From a virus (taxonomy: Duplodnaviria; Caudoviricetes), in the IMG/VR virus record IMGVR_UViG_3300027212_000025, positions 1 through 30,101 of that record: a stretch of 30,101 nt of DNA, one strand, 5' to 3'. The notes beneath the pieces were generated by a model that was not told the DNA's origin, ran no database searches, and was given only the letters and a program-made list of their open reading frames with translations. Each line of letters begins with the position of its first letter. The stretch's first letter is position 1. A program made the translations under genes and the position numbers. Of the stretch, positions 1 to 8,129 are shown one piece after another.

Positions 1-140
1 TGAAGATAGTTTTTAGCGTACCTGTTGCAGGAAATGCTGCTAGGTTTGCGTAGTTCTTTACCTGTGATGGAATGTTAATATCTATTGCCATACTAAATTA
101 ATTGTTTGATTGCTTAAAGTTGCGAATGTTGAAGTAGCTA
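1..140. repeat. Terminal direct repeat, left copy (circular assembly overlap)
   Basis: 1-140 matches 29962-30101 except at positions 8 and 14; 15-140 is identical. It contains the first 30 codons of the tail fibre gene (ATG at 91). Confidence 0.95.
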
Positions 141-732
141 CTTGTGTTCCGTCTATTTGTAGGTTCAAAGTAGTATTAGGTAATGTAAGAGTTTCTCCAC
201 TTTGGATTGTTGCAGTATAACTTGCGTCCGTGTTTACGACAAATGCAGGTGAACAGAAAGGTGCATAGCTATCAGTATCGCATATTGTCATATCGTTAGG
301 AACTACAACATCGAATGTCATCGTCCATCCTGCTAGTAAATTCTCGAATCGTTCTGTAAATGGTTCTAAGCTAGGGTCTGTTTCAATTACAAACTGAGCA
401 TCCCACAAATTGCCGTGAAGCATCTGCTGATAGCATCTGTTTAAAACGTGGTGTTGTGTATTTAATACGTCAAGCTCGTTGTTGTTCTCTTGGAATTGGT
501 CTGTAACTTCAGTCTTAGAAATGTCAACGATATCCATCGCTATTAACGACACGTTAAACGTCTGCGTATTATCTTGTAGTGTAGAACTATTGACCATTAT
601 GTGCGTTAACGGAAAGATAGTCTGTTTGCTTAAATCAACTTGAAAGATATCGCCTTGAGTTACCGTGTTTACGATTTCATCATTATCGAAATGTATCTTT
701 AACTTATTTAGTATGTCGTAAAATCCTGTCAT
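82..732 (-). CDS. Putative tail terminator/completion protein with C-terminal extension
   Basis: 216 aa; size, EPFTERFENLLAGWTMTFDV motif and position between the tail chaperone and fibre genes. Confidence 0.5.
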   Translation of the reverse strand: MTGFYDILNKLKIHFDNDEIVNTVTQGDIFQVDLSKQTIFPLTHIMVNSSTLQDNTQTFNVSLIAMDIVDISKTEVTDQFQENNNELDVLNTQHHVLNRCYQQMLHGNLWDAQFVIETDPSLEPFTERFENLLAGWTMTFDVVVPNDMTICDTDSYAPFCSPAFVVNTDASYTATIQSGETLTLPNTTLNLQIDGTQVATSTFATLSNQTINLVWQ

Positions 733-1004
733 CGTTTCATATTGCGTTCAAATTGTCTTCTTTCAATATCGTTTTTTTGCTTTTCGAAGGTGAGATAGGT
801 GAGACACTTAGTAAGTTTGTATCTGGTAACCTCATCGAACTTTGTAATGTCTCCTTGAGCGATTGCATATATTGATTGATACCATCCCCATCGTTTGGCA
901 AATTGAGTTGTTTCTGAAAAGTCGTTGTAAGTTTCTTGCTCTTCGTCATCTCCGTCTCCAAATAGTTCAGGGTAGCCTGTAGTAACTCGTTTCCTAAAGT
1001 CCAA
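729..1004 (-). CDS. -1 frameshift extension of the tail assembly chaperone (gpGT-like, ~258 aa fusion)
   Basis: Opens in the -1 frame exactly at a T9 run (1003-1011) and has no ATG of its own; protein-like sequence (WGWYQSIYAIAQGD); its stop overlaps the next ATG (ATGA). Confidence 0.75.
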   Translation of the reverse strand: MDFRKRVTTGYPELFGDGDDEEQETYNDFSETTQFAKRWGWYQSIYAIAQGDITKFDEVTRYKLTKCLTYLTFEKQKNDIERRQFERNMKR

Positions 1005-1504
1005 AAAAAAACAGAACTTGCTAACACTACATCCAAAGGTGCGAACTTCATTAACTCCTGAAAGTCTTTGTTTGGTTCGTAGGGTAAAACATCGTATTTA
1101 TCTTTTCGTGTTTTCACAATTGGTCTGTACATTACTGCCATCGCCTTGTGATAAGTTTCCCAGTCTGTAAGATGGTTTTCTAAATCCACATACTCACCGA
1201 AAGAAATATGCTCAAGCTCTGGAATAAACCCAAATTCAATCTCGCCTTCCTCTGTTGTAATTTTAAACCTGTTTTTAAACTCAGGTTTCTCAGAGAATAA
1301 CTTTGTGAAGTGTGCTATTAGCTCATTTAAGCTCGTTAGCTTCATTTTAACAACGTCCCTTAGACTTATACCGCAAAAGATTTCAATCATCTTCTGAGCG
1401 ACAAATTCCTCATCGTTGGAATCTGCCTGAATTTTAAGAAATTCTTGGTAATGTTTTAAAGGTATTTCACTTAGGGAAGAAGGTACGTTAATTTCTAACT
1501 TCAT
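737..1504 (-). CDS. Putative tail assembly chaperone (gpG-like), zero-frame product
   Basis: 255 aa ORF containing GTT TTT TTT TGG slippery site at codons 165-168; first gene after a late promoter. Confidence 0.7.
   Translation of the reverse strand: MKLEINVPSSLSEIPLKHYQEFLKIQADSNDEEFVAQKMIEIFCGISLRDVVKMKLTSLNELIAHFTKLFSEKPEFKNRFKITTEEGEIEFGFIPELEHISFGEYVDLENHLTDWETYHKAMAVMYRPIVKTRKDKYDVLPYEPNKDFQELMKFAPLDVVLASSVFFWTLGNELLQATLNYLETEMTKSKKLTTTFQKQLNLPNDGDGINQYMQSLKETLQSSMRLPDTNLLSVSPISPSKSKKTILKEDNLNAI
1004..1010 (-). promoter_or_regulatory. -1 ribosomal frameshift slippery heptamer T TTT TTT
   Basis: X XXY YYZ heptamer in the correct phase, joining 737..1504 to 729..1004. Confidence 0.75.
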
Positions 1505-1508
1505 AATA

Positions 1509-1538
1509 TATAAACTTATTTGTTCTTGTTTTGTTGCA
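1509..1538 (-). promoter_or_regulatory. Late promoter TGCAAC-N17-GTTTATA (copy 1)
   Basis: Exact motif shared by four late gene starts; 4 nt upstream of ATG 1504. Confidence 0.8.
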
Positions 1539-1698
1539 CTGTGATAATATCAAATGCTGCAGTTAACATTTGGAAGTGTCTCCTGATTTGCATAACGTCA
1601 TCAAATACTATTCTTATTCGTTTTCCTGTACGCTGATAGATGTAGTCCTCAACTACTCTTTGCATCATCGGTAAATCATCTGATGTTGTATTGTCCAT
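1516..1698 (-). CDS. Hypothetical protein
   Basis: 60 aa ORF overlapping the terL end, co-oriented. Confidence 0.6.
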   Translation of the reverse strand: MDNTTSDDLPMMQRVVEDYIYQRTGKRIRIVFDDVMQIRRHFQMLTAAFDIITVQQNKNK

Positions 1699-2836
1699 AG
1701 TTCTTTTTTAAACCTAGTGTTTCCATCTCGTGATATCTCAAAGCATCAATAGCGTGGTTGTAATGGTCAATAGGTACGTTTGTTTTCTCTCCGTCTTTCT
1801 TTACGCTCCAACAATAGCTTCTCAGCTCTTTGATTAGGTTTGTACTTTGTGAAGTTACTAAGTAGTCTTGTCTTTGCATTACATCGATTCCGAACTTGAT
1901 TGAGTCAACTCCTTTGGTTACGCCTTTAATCATCTTTCCAAATCTACGAATTTCCTCTATTGATTTAGGTTCTGAACTATCTGCATAAATAGTAACGCTA
2001 TTCGGTAGTACTTTTGCAATATCTGAGTTTACCATTCCTGTGCGATAACATATCTCGTTGATTATTCTTTGTCCGTTGTAATTATATATCTCGATTGCTG
2101 AGGTAGGGTCATTCGTGTATCCAAAGTCAAGTCCAATTCCTATCAACTTTGCATCGCTTGGTATCGTGTCAATCGTTTTCCAGTTGTTAAAGATTACGCC
2201 CTCTAAACTTCCTATCTCTCCAAGTCCGTAAACTCTCCACCAATTCGCCCAATAAGAACTCGTTGCTGCTTTCTCACGATTCTTTTCTATCTGAGATACG
2301 ATTGATTTATCAAGAGCTTCGTTGTCTTTGTACGTTAAGATTATAAAGTCGCTATCGGGTTCGTCTTTTAGTTCTTTGTGAACCCAAAACTCATTTGCAG
2401 GATTAAAGTCTAAGAAAACTTCTCTCTTTGTACGGATTGAAAGCTCGTTGTATGATTCAAAGCTCACGTTGTTGCACTCGTTGATGTATAAGATATCACG
2501 CCTTGCTCCTCTGAGTTTAGATGCGTCATCTGCTGAGAAGAACTCCATTACTGAACCATTACCAAACTCATATCTTAATAATGTCTTGTTGAATCGGTCA
2601 TCATTGTATCTACCTGTCCAACGCATTATCTTTACGAAGTCTTTTAATGCACCCCTTCTTAAATGTGGAATGGATTCTGCTACAACCGAAACTTCTAATC
2701 CTGCATCTTTAGCACACTTGTCAATTAATACAGGCAAGATACCAAACGTCTTTCCTGCTGATGTTCCGCCTTGAATTATCTTAATCCGTTTTTTTAACGA
2801 AAGAATCTTATTTATAGCAGTTGTTCTTTTAAACAT
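1676..2836 (-). CDS. terL: Terminase large subunit (PBSX/Terminase_3 type)
   Basis: Walker A GGTSAGKT, Walker B-like ILYINE, DFNP, nuclease motifs GLDFGYTNDP, YADS and NHAIDALRY. Confidence 0.95.
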   Translation of the reverse strand: MFKRTTAINKILSLKKRIKIIQGGTSAGKTFGILPVLIDKCAKDAGLEVSVVAESIPHLRRGALKDFVKIMRWTGRYNDDRFNKTLLRYEFGNGSVMEFFSADDASKLRGARRDILYINECNNVSFESYNELSIRTKREVFLDFNPANEFWVHKELKDEPDSDFIILTYKDNEALDKSIVSQIEKNREKAATSSYWANWWRVYGLGEIGSLEGVIFNNWKTIDTIPSDAKLIGIGLDFGYTNDPTSAIEIYNYNGQRIINEICYRTGMVNSDIAKVLPNSVTIYADSSEPKSIEEIRRFGKMIKGVTKGVDSIKFGIDVMQRQDYLVTSQSTNLIKELRSYCWSVKKDGEKTNVPIDHYNHAIDALRYHEMETLGLKKNYGQYNIR

Positions 2837-2838
2837 AC

Positions 2839-3252
2839 TTACTCCTCAGGGAACAATGGTTGCTCTGTTATAATCGTGCTTTCAACTTTCTCTGTGAGTC
2901 CGTTTAAGCGTTGTGTAATCGATGGATTATACTGTCCTACCATACCTCCTTCAATCTGATCTTGGCGTATTGCTTTTCTTATACGTGTACAGATGGGAGT
3001 AAATTCGTTGTATCTTTTATCAGTATTCTTAAAATAATCTTCGACACATCCTATTTCGTTATAGCAAAACAATTCAAATCCTTCTAGTGTTAATGGTCTT
3101 TCTAGTGGTTCTGCTCTCTCTTCGAACTCTTTACCTCCGAATACGCTTTTTATTCTTGGATTAGCTTTAACGTCTACTTTGTATCTTTCAAATAGAGCTT
3201 GTAGTTGTTCTGGGTTGTCTAGGTTTCTTGGTCTTCCTACTTTATTTTTCAT
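2839..3252 (-). CDS. terS: Terminase small subunit (P22 gp3-like)
   Basis: 137 aa directly upstream of terL; N-terminal GRP, RPLTLEGF and EGGMVGQYNPSITQRLNGL resemble the gp3 packaging family. Confidence 0.8.
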   Translation of the reverse strand: MKNKVGRPRNLDNPEQLQALFERYKVDVKANPRIKSVFGGKEFEERAEPLERPLTLEGFELFCYNEIGCVEDYFKNTDKRYNEFTPICTRIRKAIRQDQIEGGMVGQYNPSITQRLNGLTEKVESTIITEQPLFPEE

Positions 3253-3255
3253 ATG

Positions 3256-3444
3256 TTATTTCGTGTTTTGGTTCTTTTTAAAATGGTTTAAAAATTCGTC
3301 CTCATCTATTTCCTCTACGCACATTAATCCATCGGCATTTGTCAAGTAAACCACGTAGTGATGCCCTTGCTTTGTTAGATGGTCTGTAAGAAGATTTGCT
3401 TCCGCAATCAGTTCCTTTCCGTAGTCAACTAGATAATAACCCAT
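3256..3444 (-). CDS. Hypothetical protein
   Basis: 62 aa, tightly packed in the operon. Confidence 0.65.
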   Translation of the reverse strand: MGYYLVDYGKELIAEANLLTDHLTKQGHHYVVYLTNADGLMCVEEIDEDEFLNHFKKNQNTK

Positions 3445-3448
3445 TTGT

Positions 3449-3823
3449 TTATTCTGTTATGTACTCGTTATATACTTTTTGCATTTTATTGATAATCTCC
3501 ATCCAGCAAGTTGCACAAGATGTAGGTTCTCTACTGATTCCAAAGATGCGGTTGTATATCTTTAAGATTGCATCCTGCTCACTTGGTTTAATTGTTTGCT
3601 TAGTTAATACGTTTGATTCTGTTAGGTACGTGTATTCATCCTCTGTTAAACACTTAGGAGTTCTGTAAGGGAATAATGCATTGAGCTTTTCTTTACGTGC
3701 ATCGCATCCGCAATCTTCTCCTGCTACAAATTTAACTAGCTTATCAATACCTGTAGCTTTTGTTATTTGTGCTACTGTGTCTCCTAATCCTGTAGCTTTC
3801 TTTTTTGGTGTTCGTTTTTCCAT
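3449..3823 (-). CDS. Hypothetical Cys-containing (possibly Zn-binding) phage protein
   Basis: 124 aa with GLGD, DCGC and CATC motifs. Confidence 0.7.
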   Translation of the reverse strand: MEKRTPKKKATGLGDTVAQITKATGIDKLVKFVAGEDCGCDARKEKLNALFPYRTPKCLTEDEYTYLTESNVLTKQTIKPSEQDAILKIYNRIFGISREPTSCATCWMEIINKMQKVYNEYITE

Positions 3824-3826
3824 TGT

Positions 3827-4000
3827 TTATTTTTTACAGTGTTCTTTACTTAATTCAGCTAAATCATTTCTGAGAACTTTAACTTCGTTTTTTAGCTCAA
3901 AGTTTTCATTCCAAAGTTCTTTTATCTTTTGGTCTTTTCTTTCAATTTCTTCTTTTTTTTGACCGATAAATGTATTTAATACTTTTAAAACGTGTTTCAT
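3827..4000 (-). CDS. Small coiled-coil protein (57 aa, not in ORF track)
   Basis: Translated by hand: MKHVLKVLNTFIGQKKEEIERKDQKIKELW...SKEHCKK; fills the gap between neighbours. Confidence 0.6.
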   Translation of the reverse strand: MKHVLKVLNTFIGQKKEEIERKDQKIKELWNENFELKNEVKVLRNDLAELSKEHCKK

Positions 4001-4002
4001 AT

Positions 4003-4530
4003 TTATTTTATTAGTTCAAAATCCTTGTTTAAATAGTCTTGGTAATCTTCCCCTACTGCTTCCTGTAGTCTTTGCTTACATCTTTTCAATGTATGGAAGA
4101 TAGAAGTGTAATGTATCTTTGTAGCCTCTGCAATTTCTCGCATTGATAGTTCCGTTTTTCTGTACAAATCAAATAGCATCTTGTCGTAATGATGCCAAGT
4201 TAATGATTCTAACTCAATCAACTTATCTACTTTGCTTAATGCTTCGTGCTTATCTAAATCCTCACTGGTATCTTGTATATTCCAAACATCTTCTAATGAT
4301 ATAAACTCTATTCTGTTAGCTTTGTTGGTGTCGTGAGATACATTGCGAAGGATAGTCCACATAATTAACTTGTTTATCTCTCCGTTTATGATTAGTTTAT
4401 CGGCATTGCCATACTTATGAATGCGTAAGTAAGCATCCTGAACTACATCTTCAGGGAACTCACATCCAAATGTCCTGACTATTTTTAGCCATTCGTTGTG
4501 TTGTTTGCATATTTCGTTTAATAGTTCCAT
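4003..4530 (-). CDS. ECF-type sigma-70 family RNA polymerase sigma factor
   Basis: 175 aa; region 2-like EDVVQDAYLRI...WTILRN and region 4 HTH LSMREIAEATKIHYTSIFHTLKRCKQRL. Confidence 0.8.
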   Translation of the reverse strand: MELLNEICKQHNEWLKIVRTFGCEFPEDVVQDAYLRIHKYGNADKLIINGEINKLIMWTILRNVSHDTNKANRIEFISLEDVWNIQDTSEDLDKHEALSKVDKLIELESLTWHHYDKMLFDLYRKTELSMREIAEATKIHYTSIFHTLKRCKQRLQEAVGEDYQDYLNKDFELIK

Positions 4531-4545
4531 TGATTAATTTCTAAT

Positions 4546-4553
4546 CAAACTTA
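4546..4553 (-). promoter_or_regulatory. Bacteroidota housekeeping-type -7 promoter element (TAAGTTTG)
   Basis: Matches TAnnTTTG, 15 nt upstream of the sigma gene and downstream of a terminator. Confidence 0.6.
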
Positions 4554-4594
4554 CGATGAAAATCTAATCACGTTGCTAAAAAGTTTTCAACAAT

Positions 4595-4619
4595 AAAAAA
4601 GCCACTAATTAAAGTGGCT
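4595..4619 (-). terminator. Intrinsic terminator ending the early operon
   Basis: AGCCACT-ttaatt-AGTGGCT hairpin followed by a T-run on the minus strand. Confidence 0.7.
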
Positions 4620-4830
4620 CTAAATCATTTAAGTAAATCTCTCTGCTGACGTAGTTGTCTAGCTTAATCACTGTGCAAAGTGTTACATCTTTACCTTGTA
4701 GAAATTTGTCTATTTGGTATTGGTGGAATCTTCCTGTACGTGTTTTGATTTCCTGCACAATTTGGTTTCGTGTTTTGTTACGAAGCAAAATCTCTAATTG
4801 CTTTCGCAATCCTCCCTCATCAATGTACAT
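4609..4830 (-). CDS. Small HTH-like DNA-binding protein
   Basis: 73 aa; QYQIDKFLQGKDVTLCTVIKL resembles an XRE/Cro-type C-terminus. Confidence 0.5.
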   Translation of the reverse strand: MYIDEGGLRKQLEILLRNKTRNQIVQEIKTRTGRFHQYQIDKFLQGKDVTLCTVIKLDNYVSREIYLNDLEPL

Positions 4831-4832
4831 TA

Positions 4833-5075
4833 CTAAAATGGTAAGTCCGAATCATCCATTGCATCACTAATTGGTTTACGCTCCATTGTCGCTGGTGCAA
4901 CGTATGGCTCTGAGAAAGCTGCAGAAAAGAAACTACCTGCTTTACCTTGTTTAACCCATAACGCAACTTCCATTTCTTTACCGTTTACGTTTACTTTTCC
5001 TTTGTAGTCAGGATGATTCTCAGCTTTCTTGTTCGTGTTTTTAAAGATTGCTCCTGTGTTTACTTTGTTTTCCAT
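4833..5075 (-). CDS. Putative single-stranded DNA-binding protein (DUF736-like)
   Basis: Likely start MENKVNTG at 5075; HPDYKG and VALW motifs; acidic tail ending DDSDLPF typical of SSBs. Confidence 0.7.
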   Translation of the reverse strand: MENKVNTGAIFKNTNKKAENHPDYKGKVNVNGKEMEVALWVKQGKAGSFFSAAFSEPYVAPATMERKPISDAMDDSDLPF

Positions 5076-5085
5076 TTGTTTAAAT

Positions 5086-5241
5086 TTAATCAATTAAAAA
5101 TTCATCTGTGTTTACTACTTCAACACCTTCTACTAATTCAGCTACATTACTTGTAACGATTGCCGTAGTGTGTGGATTTTTGTTTTCACTTAACCATTTC
5201 ATTAATGGCTTTACTGCTTGTTCAAATGTTTGTTTTTCCAT
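5086..5241 (-). CDS. Hypothetical protein (51 aa, not in ORF track)
   Basis: MEKQTFEQAVKPLMKWLSEKQNPHTTAIVT...EFLID with an A-rich leader. Confidence 0.6.
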   Translation of the reverse strand: MEKQTFEQAVKPLMKWLSENKNPHTTAIVTSNVAELVEGVEVVNTDEFLID

Positions 5242-5266
5242 TGTATATTTATTTAATTGTTTACGT

Positions 5267-5371
5267 TTAAAATGCTCCTTTGAATACCCAAGCTGCGAAC
5301 AATGTGCCGATGGTCATCAGTAATGCAACTGCGGATATGAATCCGATTATTGCAATTGTTTTTTCTTTCAT
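5267..5371 (-). CDS. Small single-pass membrane protein (34 aa, not in ORF track)
   Basis: MKEKTIAIIGFISAVALLMTIGTLFAAWVFKGAF; ATGA-coupled to the upstream gene. Confidence 0.6.
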   Translation of the reverse strand: MKEKTIAIIGFISAVALLMTIGTLFAAWVFKGAF

Positions 5372-5595
5372 TGTTCTTGTTTAAAGGTTTTATTATAATA
5401 GCCTATTCCCGTTTTCATTCGGCAAATTGGCGTTTTGCACTGAGTTGATTTTTTGCCATTTTCCCAAGCATCAATCATCTGCTCCTTCTCCATTTCTTTG
5501 GCTTGTTGTGCTATTCCATCAATATCAAAGCCTCTTAATCTCAAATTTGGGTCTTTTTTTATTTGCTCTACCAACCATTCTACTGCTGTCTTCAT
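5368..5595 (-). CDS. Hypothetical protein (MKTAVEWL...KEMEKEQ type)
   Basis: 75 aa ending KQEQ. Confidence 0.7.
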   Translation of the reverse strand: MKTAVEWLVEQIKKDPNLRLRGFDIDGIAQQAKEMEKEQMIDAWENGKKSTQCKTPICRMKTGIGYYNKTFKQEQ

Positions 5596-5780
5596 TGTTC
5601 TTGTTGTTTAAGTTGTTCAACATCTATCTTAGCATCTGCACACCATCCATCATATACTAACTCACCATTCTCTTCATAAAAGAAATGTTCTGTATTGTTA
5701 GCATCTGTAATTACATAGCCTTTATCAGCAGTTGATGGTTCAATACTAATAGGCATTTTTAATGTTAAAATTGTTTTCAT
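5592..5780 (-). CDS. Hypothetical protein
   Basis: 62 aa ending LKQQEQ, bounded by the 24-bp repeats. Confidence 0.7.
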   Translation of the reverse strand: MKTILTLKMPISIEPSTADKGYVITDANNTEHFFYEENGELVYDGWCADAKIDVEQLKQQEQ

Positions 5781-5950
5781 TGTTCTTGTTGTTTAAGTTC
5801 ATCATCCACAATCTCAAGGTTACCACTAAAACAGTACCCCGTTGCTTTCAATAGTCCTTCACACATTCTAATTGCTTCGTCAAGGTCAACATCATTGAAT
5901 GGCACTTCGTGTGTTACGGTGTGTTCGTATTGTTCGATTGTTATTTTCAT
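5777..5950 (-). CDS. Hypothetical protein (57 aa, not in ORF track)
   Basis: MKITIEQYEHTVTHEVPFNDVDLDEAIRMCEGLLKATGY...ELKQQEQ; ATGA overlaps at both ends. Confidence 0.7.
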   Translation of the reverse strand: MKITIEQYEHTVTHEVPFNDVDLDEAIRMCEGLLKATGYCFSGNLEIVDDELKQQEQ

Positions 5951-6210
5951 TTGTCTTTGGTTTTATATAGTCCGTCTTCTTCTGATTGCTTTACCATTTT
6001 AGTTAATAAGCTACCTCTGTATTCGTCTTTTAGTCGTTCCAAGTAAAGCACAAAGTCCATTGCTTCTTCTTGTGCGTGTGTAAGCCATTCTAACGTGTCT
6101 AGGTCGGTTCTTTCTAACGTTGTCTTGTACTTGGCTATTCCTACTTGCGAACGTTCACTGAAACGGCTTAAAACACGAATGACTATTTGGTCTTCTATTA
6201 GTTGGTTCAT
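5947..6210 (-). CDS. Small all-alpha NTP pyrophosphatase-like (MazG superfamily) protein
   Basis: GIAKY and WLTHAQEEAMDFVLY (EExxD) pattern. Confidence 0.45.
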   Translation of the reverse strand: MNQLIEDQIVIRVLSRFSERSQVGIAKYKTTLERTDLDTLEWLTHAQEEAMDFVLYLERLKDEYRGSLLTKMVKQSEEDGLYKTKDK

Positions 6211-6395
6211 AATGTTATTAATATGTTTTTTTCTTCGCTTATTTCTATTTCGTAATGAACTGATTCATTTATACCCTCACAAAGTTGGTATAAGTGTCCG
6301 TGTTCTGTTATTCTTATTTGTGTTACTATTCTTTGAAATTGTCTATCGTCTGTTTTTAAATAAACTATTTGACCTATCTTATATAAATAATTCAT
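6207..6395 (-). CDS. Hypothetical protein (62 aa)
   Basis: Likely start MNYLYKIGQ at 6395, ATGA-coupled to the exonuclease stop. Confidence 0.6.
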   Translation of the reverse strand: MNYLYKIGQIVYLKTDDRQFQRIVTQIRITEHGHLYQLCEGINESVHYEIEISEEKNILITL

Positions 6396-7063
6396 AGGAA
6401 ATTGATTAATGTGTTGTAATACTCTCGGCAAAGCTCTACCTGTTCTTTTATTCTTTCAATGACTGCTTCGTCTTTCTGTACGTAGAATACTTTGACACGT
6501 CTGTTCTTTGGGATGTGTGAGAAGATATGCTTCTTTTGTATTTCGTCTCGTAGGTCTAAACTTTCTTCCATTAGGTTTAACTTCCAGTGCGTTCGTCTAA
6601 TCTCATCCTCAACCATTAGTTCAGGAGTATCAACTAAGCAATAACATAACATTGACTGTTGTTTACCTGTTAGCCACATATACCCTTGTAGTTGGTAGTA
6701 GTAATCCTTTGTAGGTATCTCAGTCTCAAAGAATGGAAAGGTAGAACCATCCCAAGAGCTTTTAACGTCTAACAATACTTGCTCCGTGTTTACATCGGGT
6801 GTTCCTGTAATCCAATCATTCTCAAAATACTCCTCGTTTTTGTAAATAAATCCAACGTCTAAAACTTGGTTGACTAGGTTGATTGATTCGTTTTCTACTT
6901 CGTTTCCTTTGTCTGTGTAACGTGAACTAAACTCTTTTCTGATTCCATATTTATCCTGCAAGACCATTTCGTGAATGTATGTCTTAGCAGTCTGTGAAAG
7001 CACCTCCGATTTATTGCGAGGTGCTGACATAATTTTTCCTATAGCAGAGCATCTAACTTTCAT
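6392..7063 (-). CDS. Lambda-exonuclease/YqaJ-like PD-(D/E)XK nuclease
   Basis: GNEVE, GTPD, DVKSS and YYYQLQGYMWLTG motifs; adjacent to the annealase. Confidence 0.8.
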   Translation of the reverse strand: MKVRCSAIGKIMSAPRNKSEVLSQTAKTYIHEMVLQDKYGIRKEFSSRYTDKGNEVENESINLVNQVLDVGFIYKNEEYFENDWITGTPDVNTEQVLLDVKSSWDGSTFPFFETEIPTKDYYYQLQGYMWLTGKQQSMLCYCLVDTPELMVEDEIRRTHWKLNLMEESLDLRDEIQKKHIFSHIPKNRRVKVFYVQKDEAVIERIKEQVELCREYYNTLINFL

Positions 7064-7578
7064 AGTGCGTTCAGTATATCTATTTGACCATCAGTTAACT
7101 GAAACTTACTCTCTAAAGATTCACGTGTTATCTTTCCATCGTTTAGTGCTTTGACTGCATCTTGAAAACGCTTAGCGTCTAATGCTTGTTTCTTTGGTTC
7201 GTGTTTTACTTGCTCTCCACCTGCATCAGTATCTTTGTCAGTTACTAATCCTAACATTGAACTGATAGCATATCTACGGATGTAAGTGATTGCAGAACCT
7301 AGAACTTGGAAGTCATTCATACCTTTAAGTTGTACATTTTGAGGAATAGTAGTTGAACTTTGTATTTGTTCTCCGCTTTCTACGTGGAAAAGAATCGTCA
7401 ATACATCTCCTTCGTTAATTAACTGAGTGAATCCTAATCCGTGTTTTTTTAGTAATGGATTAATAACGCTAAAAATCTTCGGTAAATCCGAGTAGGAATA
7501 ACCATAGCCTTGAGTTGCTTTGTGGATTACTGGCACTTCTTGTTGGAACTGAGCCAACGATTTAAATAAATGTTTCAT
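7060..7578 (-). CDS. erf: ERF family single-strand annealing protein
   Basis: GSAITYIRRYAISSMLGLVTDKDTD signature, plus YSY..L and LLKKHGL. Confidence 0.9.
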   Translation of the reverse strand: MKHLFKSLAQFQQEVPVIHKATQGYGYSYSDLPKIFSVINPLLKKHGLGFTQLINEGDVLTILFHVESGEQIQSSTTIPQNVQLKGMNDFQVLGSAITYIRRYAISSMLGLVTDKDTDAGGEQVKHEPKKQALDAKRFQDAVKALNDGKITRESLESKFQLTDGQIDILNAL

Positions 7579-7600
7579 AATAAATTGGTTTTTGTTTATA

Positions 7601-7608
7601 CAAATATA
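7601..7608 (-). promoter_or_regulatory. Housekeeping-type -7 promoter element (TATATTTG)
   Basis: TAnnTTTG in the 35-nt gap upstream of erf. Confidence 0.6.
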
Positions 7609-7613
7609 TGAAT

Positions 7614-8129
7614 TTATTTCATATCTCGCACTAATTCTTTATATTTTTTTATAATTTCTTTCAGTTCGTCTACACTCCAGCGTTTCTCAATATGTGCTTT
7701 ACCTTGCAATTCAATTAGTTTTTCTGCTCCAATTCGCTTTTCTATGCCTATTTGATAGTTTAGTAAGTTGCCTGATAAATAAGTATTGCAGTGTTCGCAT
7801 TGTAAATGGCAATTATCTTCATTAAATCTTATGTTTGAATGTCCTCCCTGTGAATAGTAGTGTCCACAATTTTTTTTGAGAGGTGGTTTTCCACAAGAAA
7901 TACAATTTAAACCTTTATCCCTTAATCGTATGTACTTATTAAATATTGTCTGAGCTTCCTTTAACCAATCCTGTGTAGTTTTTAACTCTGTTTTCATCCG
8001 TGTTTTTGTTTCCTTCCAAGTCTTCTCTTTGACCTCAGCTACAAAAGCTCTAATGCATTCGTCTTGTAAGCAGTATTTGTGATTAAATCTGATAGGTTCA
8101 AACTTTTGTTTGCAGTTTTTACATCTCAT
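7614..8129 (-). CDS. ninG: NinG/Rap family recombination endonuclease
   Basis: N-terminal CxxC, FNKYIRLRD, CISC, GHY and NCHLQCEHCN. Confidence 0.9.
   Translation of the reverse strand: MRCKNCKQKFEPIRFNHKYCLQDECIRAFVAEVKEKTWKETKTRMKTELKTTQDWLKEAQTIFNKYIRLRDKGLNCISCGKPPLKKNCGHYYSQGGHSNIRFNEDNCHLQCEHCNTYLSGNLLNYQIGIEKRIGAEKLIELQGKAHIEKRWSVDELKEIIKKYKELVRDMK

Larger units (their letters stand above)
5367..5799 (-). repeat. Three gene-junction repeats (AAACAACAAGAACAATGAA)
   Basis: Perfect 24-bp copies at 5591-5614 and 5776-5799; a copy with a 3-nt deletion at 5367-5384. Confidence 0.9.

Noticed and set aside
1-140. Biological direct terminal repeat
   Set aside because: It falls mid-gene, has assembler-overlap length, and the terminase type is usually associated with headful packaging; it is better read as a circularity overlap.
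3449-3823. Zinc-binding anti-sigma factor for the phage ECF sigma
   Set aside because: It has CxC and CxxC but lacks the HxxxCxxC ZAS motif; no further support.
5367-5799. CRISPR array
   Set aside because: The repeats are non-palindromic, lie at coding junctions, and are separated by whole genes rather than 30-40-nt spacers; no cas genes.
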